A DNA stretch of 64,000 nucleotides from Candidatus Hydrogenedens terephthalaticus JGI OTU-1 (GTDB lineage: Bacteria; Hydrogenedentota; Hydrogenedentia; Hydrogenedentales; Hydrogenedentaceae): NCBI GenBank assembly GCA_000493945.1, contig AWNW01000008.1:466-64465 (forward strand), read 5' to 3'. Each line of letters starts with the position of its first letter. The first letter of the stretch is position 1. This document shows positions 57,335 through 64,000 of this stretch, piece by piece. The notes beneath the pieces are model-generated. The model saw nothing but the letters and a program-made list of their open reading frames with translations, was not told where the DNA came from and ran no database searches. The translations under genes and the position numbers were made by a program.

Positions 57335-57742
57335 ATGCAGTTCAAAATCATTGATTTTTTTTGCTCTCATAAAAGGTTTGTAAAATTTTTGCTGGCGGTT
57401 GTTATAGCGATTCATTTAGGTTTGTTAGAAGCAGCATGGACTACTCCGACAGCACCGGGAGCAACAAAAGCAGGACTGGGAAATTTTGCCATTGCAGTAA
57501 TCATGGTGATTGTATGTTTTCCGTGGGTATGGTGGGCTTTCGGGTTAAGTATGTTAGAAGAATTTATTCAGGTATGGATTGGGAATGAAGGTAATTGGGT
57601 TCCTAACTGGGATTGGCTATTCCATCATTGGTCAGCAGGTTATTTTGGGGTCAATCTATATCCCGTTATTACATTCCCTCTGATTTCAATCCTTATAGAG
57701 TGTGGTTATTGGTTATTTATCAGATATTCTAAACATTCATAA
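57335..57742 (+). CDS. Trp-rich hypothetical membrane protein
   Basis: 135 aa, three hydrophobic segments, nine Trp; fills an otherwise empty region. Confidence 0.6.
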   Translation: MQFKIIDFFCSHKRFVKFLLAVVIAIHLGLLEAAWTTPTAPGATKAGLGNFAIAVIMVIVCFPWVWWAFGLSMLEEFIQVWIGNEGNWVPNWDWLFHHWSAGYFGVNLYPVITFPLISILIECGYWLFIRYSKHS

Positions 57743-57844
57743 TAATTATTAAATATTACAAAAATGTTTGTTTTACATTCTGTTTGATTACTAAAATGTA
57801 AATAATTATTAGTGGAATATTACTTTTTTACTGCATAATAGATG

Positions 57845-57861
57845 TTGGCACAATTCTTGTT
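57845..57861 (+). promoter_or_regulatory. possible sigma54 promoter of the beta-barrel gene
   Basis: TTGGCACAATTCTTGTT: perfect -24 TGGCAC, but the -12 element reads GT instead of GC. Confidence 0.35.
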
Positions 57862-57927
57862 AATAAACTTTCAGGTTTTATTTAAGATAAAAAAACAAAT
57901 ACAGAAAATATAGAAAGGAATGTAAAA

Positions 57928-59487
57928 ATGTTAAAAAAATCGTTTCTTATGTTTCTTACAATTTCTTTACTGTGCGTTTTATCCTACGGAGAATTGGTAT
58001 CTGTTGAAGTCGGAGGGAAACTTGAGATTTATGGCCTCTATTATCATGGGTTTGTAGAGCCATCAGACCAGGATAGGATTCCATCATGGGCTTTGCCGGG
58101 TAGAAGCATAGGACCTGACGGAACATACTCCGCCTATAGAACGGGAAAAGGTTCCACAGGAAGTGCGTATGTAGAACAAAGGACGCGATTACACACACGC
58201 GCTATAATGACTGATAATGTCTCTGCTTTTATAGAAGTGGATTCAATTGATACATGGGGTGAAGATTTCCGCTCACAAGATTATTTAACAGGAAGAGACG
58301 GAAGAGGTAATACTATTGATGATATTGAATTATTTCAAGCCTATATACAGTGTAAAGATATAGGGACAGAAGGATTGACCCTTACCATAGGAAGACAGGC
58401 AATTGATTTAGGTTCGGGATGGCTTGTAGGTTCAGACCCGGGTCCTAATCCCTTTGTTGGGTTGAGTTTTGATGCAATCAGATTACAGTATGAACAGGAA
58501 GTTTATATGCTGGATGTTTTCTATGCAAAGCTTCTTGAAAATTTAGGTTCGTTCAATCACAACGATGTTGATTTTGCGGGTATCTATTTCACCTGGAAGG
58601 AAATCATTGAAGGAAGTGGTTTAGATATTTATTATTTCTTACTCCGAGATAATCGGAAGAATGAAGTGACTGATGGAGACATTTTCTTAGAAACATTTGA
58701 ACGAATTTTTGATAGAGATAATTCCTCAACAACTTATATTCACACCGTAGGAGCAAGATTCTTTGGAGAATACGACAAGTTTGATTATGAAGTAGAATTC
58801 GCATATCAATGGGGAGAGAGTTCGGCTTTTGGTAATCTATTCGTTCCTGTTGACGGGATTTACGGTGATAGTGATGCCGATTGGGCATTACCCGCAGGTC
58901 ACTTTGAAGTAGGGTATTCAATAGAGGAAATGAAATGGACTCCTCGCATTTATATCGGAGGATGTTATTATGGAGCGGAGGATAATCGTTCTCTTTCGTT
59001 TAGGGATTGGTTAGTTGAAATAGGTGTTGGGGAAGCCAGTCCCTCGTTTAATCGTTTATTTACAGCAACGCGTGAAGATAATTTCATTGATTTGTCCGGC
59101 ATGACAAACTTCTGGCAATTATATTCGGGTATATCTGTTAAACCTGTTGAAAAAGTTGAAGTTGGTTTTGAAGTTGCTTATCTACAAGCCGTATCTGCTT
59201 TTGATAAACCTTATTCTTTTACAATCGGTGATATAGAGTTTTATCCTCTAAGTCCATTTCCATTCTTAACACAGACAAATAGTAAAGATCTTGGCTGGCA
59301 AACATTACTCACCCTGACATATCAATATAGTGAAGACCTGAGTTTTGAGACTGGCTGGTCTCATTTCTTTATCGGTGACGGTTTAGTTGAAGGAACCTTT
59401 TTGGACAATTACGCTACCTCTTTCATTTCTACTTTCAATGATGACGATGCTGACTTTTTCTACATCTCTACGACGATTGAGTTTTAA
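57928..59487 (+). CDS. alginate-export-family outer-membrane beta-barrel protein
   Basis: Signal peptide; EQRTRL, LFQAYI, LTIGRQ.I.LGSGWLVG, FDAIRL, HT.GAR, C-terminal aromatic F. Confidence 0.8.
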   Translation: MLKKSFLMFLTISLLCVLSYGELVSVEVGGKLEIYGLYYHGFVEPSDQDRIPSWALPGRSIGPDGTYSAYRTGKGSTGSAYVEQRTRLHTRAIMTDNVSAFIEVDSIDTWGEDFRSQDYLTGRDGRGNTIDDIELFQAYIQCKDIGTEGLTLTIGRQAIDLGSGWLVGSDPGPNPFVGLSFDAIRLQYEQEVYMLDVFYAKLLENLGSFNHNDVDFAGIYFTWKEIIEGSGLDIYYFLLRDNRKNEVTDGDIFLETFERIFDRDNSSTTYIHTVGARFFGEYDKFDYEVEFAYQWGESSAFGNLFVPVDGIYGDSDADWALPAGHFEVGYSIEEMKWTPRIYIGGCYYGAEDNRSLSFRDWLVEIGVGEASPSFNRLFTATREDNFIDLSGMTNFWQLYSGISVKPVEKVEVGFEVAYLQAVSAFDKPYSFTIGDIEFYPLSPFPFLTQTNSKDLGWQTLLTLTYQYSEDLSFETGWSHFFIGDGLVEGTFLDNYATSFISTFNDDDADFFYISTTIEF

Positions 59488-59490
59488 TTT

Positions 59491-60093
59491 TTAAAACTTA
59501 TCTTTGATGACAACTTCTTCGTATGCAAGTTGTCCTGCACGAGGCCAGGCAGGTTTAATGGCTTTGCCTACAGCAATCATCATAGAAATTACATGGTCAG
59601 GTGGTAAATTTATTAATTTCCCTACGGCATCAAAATCAAAACCTACCATAGGGCAGGAGTCATATCCCATTGCTTTCGCCAATAACATTAATGTCTGCCC
59701 TGCGATGCCACAGGAACGCATAGCCTCATCTCGTTGAACCTCTTCTCGCCCCTGATAATATTGGGCAATAGCGGGGACGACGAAATTCCGTATCTCTTCC
59801 GGTGCATTCCTCCAGTAGCGTTCGGGTTGTTTTTCCCACGATTTTACATCTGCACATAGGACAACAAGTAATGAAGCATCGGTTACCTGCGATTGATTCC
59901 ACGCTACTTCACGGATTTTTTGTCGTAATTCGGGGTCTTGCACAATCACAAAACGCCAATTTTGTATATTAAAGGAAGTCGGTGATAAAAGTACAGCAGA
60001 CATTAACTTTTTGATTTCTTCTTCTGTCATTTTATGGTTGGGGTCAAAGTGCTTTACGGCTCTTCGTTGTTCAACGGCTTCAAAAACATCCAT
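59491..60093 (-). CDS. nitroreductase family protein
   Basis: RRAVKHFD, LSPTSFNIQNWRFVIV, AWNQSQV, GYDSCPMVGFD, MIAVGK. Confidence 0.93.
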   Translation of the reverse strand: MDVFEAVEQRRAVKHFDPNHKMTEEEIKKLMSAVLLSPTSFNIQNWRFVIVQDPELRQKIREVAWNQSQVTDASLLVVLCADVKSWEKQPERYWRNAPEEIRNFVVPAIAQYYQGREEVQRDEAMRSCGIAGQTLMLLAKAMGYDSCPMVGFDFDAVGKLINLPPDHVISMMIAVGKAIKPAWPRAGQLAYEEVVIKDKF

Positions 60094-60169
60094 AATTTAT
60101 ACTCCTTTTTGTATAGTTATAATCTTTTGATTTTTAAGGTTTGGATTTATAACAAAATAAAAAATGGTT

Positions 60170-61870
60170 TTATTCAAAAGTGCTATTTTCAGTATTTTGA
60201 AGATAATCACAACATCTTTTGACTTTTTTTGCCATCAATGTTGAACGCTCATATCCACCTCGATAAATGTTTAATGTCTGTTTTGCCAATTCCAGAGGGT
60301 TGCTTCCTTCCAGATTATCCCGTTCAAATTTAGTAACAAGGGTAATAGGTTTTAAATATGAATTCAGTTCTCCATATATTCGGATTTGTTCGTCAATTTC
60401 TGATAATAGTTTGACTTGCTCGCGTGCCCTCATTATTTTGCCATCGGCTATAGTATTTTTCAACTGCTCTGTAATATGAATTCCCTGTTTATACTTTCCT
60501 GCCAATTCTTCAAAAGACCCCCGAAATTCTTTGTTCCAGACGGTAAGAGTTTTTGTATCCGGAGCATTATAAAACCGAAACAATTTATGGAGGTTTTCAA
60601 TTTCTGTTTGTTTGTTAGGGTTTACATTAAGATGTTCCAGCCACATTAAACGATAGGCAAAACGCAGGAAATCTTTCTCATCAATTCCCCGCCGAATAAC
60701 AGGATAGAATTGTAAACAACCATCAGGGGCAAATTCCGAGATATGAACATTTACATTATCCATATCTGGAGTGAGTTCATGTTGGATTAATTGTTTTTTC
60801 TCACGCATGGCAAACAACCAATCAATTGCTTTAAGGACCTGCTCGGGTTGTATCCTATCTAAAGGGTGAAGTTCTGAAGATTTTGAAGAAATGTCCATTT
60901 TAAAAGAGCGTTCCCTCAACTCTATAGCACAATTCCCTATGCCATAAGGACCCGTTTCCCGAAAGTGCACATAACCAACGGATACAAGCATTACAGGACA
61001 TTTCACCGCCGATGCGAGATGCATTGTCCCTGTATCATTGGTTACTAACAAATGAGAGCGTTTTAATAACGCTGCCAACTGAGGAATAGTTGTTTTCCCG
61101 AAAAGCGGAATTGCCAGCCCTGGAACTTCCCTTTGAAATTTTTGACCCAATTCTGCCTCTGATGGCACCCCTACGAGGAATATCCGTGCCTTGTATTTTT
61201 CATGCAGTTTTTTTCCTAATTGTGCAAAATATTCTGCAGGCCAGCGTTTGTTGGCTTCACTGGCACCCAATTGCATACATACAACAAAATCTTCTGGTGC
61301 GATATGATATTCTGCAAAGAGATTGTCTGTAAATTCCATAGCATTGGAATTTACATCAAATACAAGTTCTTTTACGGGTTCTGGTATCGGTTCATAAAGT
61401 TTAAATATGTCGCACAGGTTTAAATCATTATAGTCCCGTGAAAGAACACTCGTAAAGAAATAAACAGTCCAGGGTCCCCTTAATGTAAATTGCCAATCTT
61501 CGGATAGATGAGCCCCGATAACTTTTGGAATTTGAGCCAATTTTAACAATAAAGCAGATGATGTGCTATGTGTTATATTGTAAGCAATGTCAAAGTTCCG
61601 TTGCCGCAAATCAAGGATTAATTTTTCCACCTCTTTATAGGCATTCATGTATCGGTCAGAATCTCGTGAAATCATATCAGAAAAAATAGGGTCTTCATGG
61701 TAAATAATATAATCGTTTACATCTGGATTGGCTTTAATAACCTCTTCACTCATTGCTCGTATCATAACAGTAATATGAGCATCTGGATATTTAGTTCGAA
61801 TTTGACGAAATAGGGGAGTGGTCTGGATAGTGTCTCCAATTCTTGCCGTTTGCAAAACAAGTATTTTCAC
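60170..61870 (-). CDS. GT9 (heptosyltransferase-like) glycosyltransferase with C-terminal helical extension
   Basis: ILVLQTARIGD.IQTTP, QLGAS..NKRWP, GKTT..QLAA, LLVTNDTGTMHLASA; GTG start. Confidence 0.88.
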   Translation of the reverse strand: MKILVLQTARIGDTIQTTPLFRQIRTKYPDAHITVMIRAMSEEVIKANPDVNDYIIYHEDPIFSDMISRDSDRYMNAYKEVEKLILDLRQRNFDIAYNITHSTSSALLLKLAQIPKVIGAHLSEDWQFTLRGPWTVYFFTSVLSRDYNDLNLCDIFKLYEPIPEPVKELVFDVNSNAMEFTDNLFAEYHIAPEDFVVCMQLGASEANKRWPAEYFAQLGKKLHEKYKARIFLVGVPSEAELGQKFQREVPGLAIPLFGKTTIPQLAALLKRSHLLVTNDTGTMHLASAVKCPVMLVSVGYVHFRETGPYGIGNCAIELRERSFKMDISSKSSELHPLDRIQPEQVLKAIDWLFAMREKKQLIQHELTPDMDNVNVHISEFAPDGCLQFYPVIRRGIDEKDFLRFAYRLMWLEHLNVNPNKQTEIENLHKLFRFYNAPDTKTLTVWNKEFRGSFEELAGKYKQGIHITEQLKNTIADGKIMRAREQVKLLSEIDEQIRIYGELNSYLKPITLVTKFERDNLEGSNPLELAKQTLNIYRGGYERSTLMAKKVKRCCDYLQNTENSTFE

Positions 61871-61872
61871 AG

Positions 61873-63657
61873 TTATTTCTCCCTTAACAGATTTTCACCA
61901 AAAACACGAACTTCATTCAGATACCAAAATACTTGAACAGGGAATGGAATATTATCATCTAATATGGGTAAATGTTTATTAATTTCCTCCTGCAAAAAGG
62001 GTATATCCTGAGGTAATGTTGCAAGCCATTGTCCCAGAGGGCTATCTTTCCCATATCGTTCTATAACTTCTCCTACAGTTCTCTGTATCCGCATTCCCTT
62101 TCTCATGATTTTCCCACCAAAAAATTCCTTAATATAATCCAACATTTGATTAGCACGGTGTTCATAAGTATGTTCTTTCAAAGCCCGTTTTTGTGCATTT
62201 TGGGCGATCTGTTTTCTTTCTTCGTCATGTTTCAAAAAATAATCTATTTTATCCCGAAGTGTTTTTAGGTCTGTATAGGTAGGGATTTCATTTTGCGTGT
62301 CAAACAAATTCTCTAATCCTTTACAGGGATCACAAAGTTGAAAACCACCTGCGGAAGCAATCTCAAATACCCGAGGATTAATTGCATCAGCATCCGGGTC
62401 AACCCCTTCATGAATAACACTGGAATGAAGATTTAGGTTAATTTTTGACCCGGCTACAATTTTCATATATTCTTCTGTATCAAACCCTTTATTCCCTTCT
62501 ACCACATGAGGGAGTAGTTCTAATTCATTCCAGTTTACACCCCAGATTTTTAAATTGTAATCTGTAAGTCCCTTCAACATCTTGATGCGGTTATAATATC
62601 CTGCCCCTGCAAAGGATAAATCGCACTTGTATTTCTTCTCCTCATCAGGACTTAAAGAGACAGGGGCATGGAGTTCTGGGTCACAGGCTGTAAATATGGG
62701 AAAATGACAATTACAACCGATAGCATCCAATTTGTTATCAAACTCACCGGGTTGGATATGAAAAAACAGATTATAAAAAGGTGCTATTTCCTTCCAATAA
62801 CTAAGATGCCGCCAATTTTCTACAAACCAGAATGCTGTTACAATTCCTCGTTCATTTAATCTTGAAACAAATAAATTTGTAACCGGAGCCTGTGCCATCA
62901 CAATACAAATCTCTGGCTGGAATTCTATTACTTGAGCCAAACACCATTCCGAAAGAAACTTGGTATAAAAATCTTCAAGTGAGTGAGCCATTTTGGGTGT
63001 TTTCAAAGTTTTACCGATAGCATTAAAAACATTCCACGCTATTTCTGTGTCTACAAGCAGTGTTTGATGTCCTAATTTTCGAAAAGCCCGATTTAAATAT
63101 CGTGTGATAGGAAGAGACCCACCATACATGGGACCTACAATCGCAATATTGAAATGCTGTCGGTCGAGGCATTCTCGAGATATTCGTTTAATTAATATCT
63201 CACAAAATTCCGGATGGATACGGCTAACAACAGGATGAAAAAAAGGTTGGGGTATTTTATCAAGAAAATCCTTAAAAAAAGGATCATTAAAAAGAGAATC
63301 TAATGTGTCTGGAATAGCGAGTAATAAATCATCAGGTAATAGATTGTTTTGAATGGCAGTAAACGCAATATCTTTGTCAGGTTCAATAACAACAACTTTA
63401 TATTCTTTTTGTATAAGTTCCTGGATATGATACCCCAATCCCAAACCGATGGCAACAACAGGTCGTTTTTTATCCAGAGAGGATGCATCTATTAATTTTT
63501 TTGCTTCTTCTGTAGGATTATATTGACTATGATAAAGAAGCCCTTCAACACGAATTGTTTTTATCCCTTTGCGTTTCTCAATGAGTTCAACCCGTTCACT
63601 TCTGTAATGTTCAGGAATTTCTTTTCGCCATTCTGCAATGGATTTAAATACACTCAT
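61873..63657 (-). CDS. CgeB/DUF3880-type glycosyltransferase with Maf-like N-terminal domain
   Basis: N-terminal YHSQYNP..EA, AIGLGLGYHI, VIEPD; C-terminal D.SFAG.GY.NR, KINLNLHSS, INPRVFEIA..GGFQL, HTY..RA. Confidence 0.82.
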   Translation of the reverse strand: MSVFKSIAEWRKEIPEHYRSERVELIEKRKGIKTIRVEGLLYHSQYNPTEEAKKLIDASSLDKKRPVVAIGLGLGYHIQELIQKEYKVVVIEPDKDIAFTAIQNNLLPDDLLLAIPDTLDSLFNDPFFKDFLDKIPQPFFHPVVSRIHPEFCEILIKRISRECLDRQHFNIAIVGPMYGGSLPITRYLNRAFRKLGHQTLLVDTEIAWNVFNAIGKTLKTPKMAHSLEDFYTKFLSEWCLAQVIEFQPEICIVMAQAPVTNLFVSRLNERGIVTAFWFVENWRHLSYWKEIAPFYNLFFHIQPGEFDNKLDAIGCNCHFPIFTACDPELHAPVSLSPDEEKKYKCDLSFAGAGYYNRIKMLKGLTDYNLKIWGVNWNELELLPHVVEGNKGFDTEEYMKIVAGSKINLNLHSSVIHEGVDPDADAINPRVFEIASAGGFQLCDPCKGLENLFDTQNEIPTYTDLKTLRDKIDYFLKHDEERKQIAQNAQKRALKEHTYEHRANQMLDYIKEFFGGKIMRKGMRIQRTVGEVIERYGKDSPLGQWLATLPQDIPFLQEEINKHLPILDDNIPFPVQVFWYLNEVRVFGENLLREK

Positions 63658-63682
63658 AGAACATGCCTCTTACTTCAGTCTT

Positions 63683-64000
63683 TTATAACAATTCCAATCG
63701 TTTTAATTCCTTTTCCAACTCATTACTTGTCCCGAAGATTTCTATATATTCCTTTAACACATTTTTTGCTTCTGGTACTCTACCATGTTGGGAAAGGAAT
63801 GTTGAATATTTCACTATCAGCGAAACATCACCGGGGTAAAAATCTATAAACGCTTTAATTGTCTCTTCCGCATTTTCTATATACCCTAATTGTTCGCACA
63901 CATAAATATATAAATTAAGGATTTCTGGGTAATCATAACTATTCGAGAAAGCATAATTCAGATGTTCATAAGATTTTCGCATATTCCCCATTTGTAAATA
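63683..64000 (-). CDS. TPR-containing protein, 3' part (runs off the window edge)
   Basis: The frame is open to position 64000; helical TPR-like pattern (Y.QMG....Y..L, QLG....AE, G...EA..L). Confidence 0.7.
   Translation of the reverse strand, partial: YLQMGNMRKSYEHLNYAFSNSYDYPEILNLYIYVCEQLGYIENAEETIKAFIDFYPGDVSLIVKYSTFLSQHGRVPEAKNVLKEYIEIFGTSNELEKELKRLELL

Noticed and set aside
1-64000. CRISPR array, tRNA/rRNA genes, prophage, integrase or known defence system
   Set aside because: I saw no regularly spaced repeat-spacer units, cloverleaf or rRNA signatures, or recombinase/phage/defence motifs. The repeats found are irregular palindromes

Overview
An AT-rich (roughly 35% GC by eye) chromosomal window from a diderm bacterium, densely coding and mostly housekeeping. 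Candidatus Hydrogenedentota is a tentative inference from the H-X9-DG/DUF1559 remnant and the overall gene repertoire. The centre (22.1-37.6 kb) is a flagellar cluster in Firmicutes/spirochete-like order: flgB-flgC-fliE-fliF-fliG-fliH-fliI-fliJ-ylxF/motE-like-fliK-flgD-flgE-motA-motB-fliL-fliN-fliO-fliP. fliM, fliQ, fliR, flhB and flhA are absent from the window, and an unknown gene occupies the fliQ position. The flanks carry hisB/hisH, coaE, rimI, a frameshifted tsaB, HU/IHF, uppP, an EF-G2-type factor, dGTPase, PNP, galK, PPi-PFK, sugar-catabolic enzymes (GH78, GH4, DUF1080, two Gfo/Idh/MocA), a TMTC-like GT-C glycosyltransferase, an alginate-export-type beta-barrel and a Maf-N/CgeB + GT9 + TPR glycosylation cluster. 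I saw no rRNA, tRNA, CRISPR array, integrase or transposase. The best second-look items are: (i) fliG apparently starting at ACG; (ii) two intergenic mosaics of REP-like palindromes, one nested inside a 27-bp inverted repeat; (iii) a sigma54/sigma70 split of the flagellar cluster; (iv) several catalytically degenerate signalling or enzyme paralogues; (v) a TMTC-like cassette and a 627-aa polar-scaffold-like protein. None of these proves a new system from sequence alone. All family calls come from motif recognition, not database searches.
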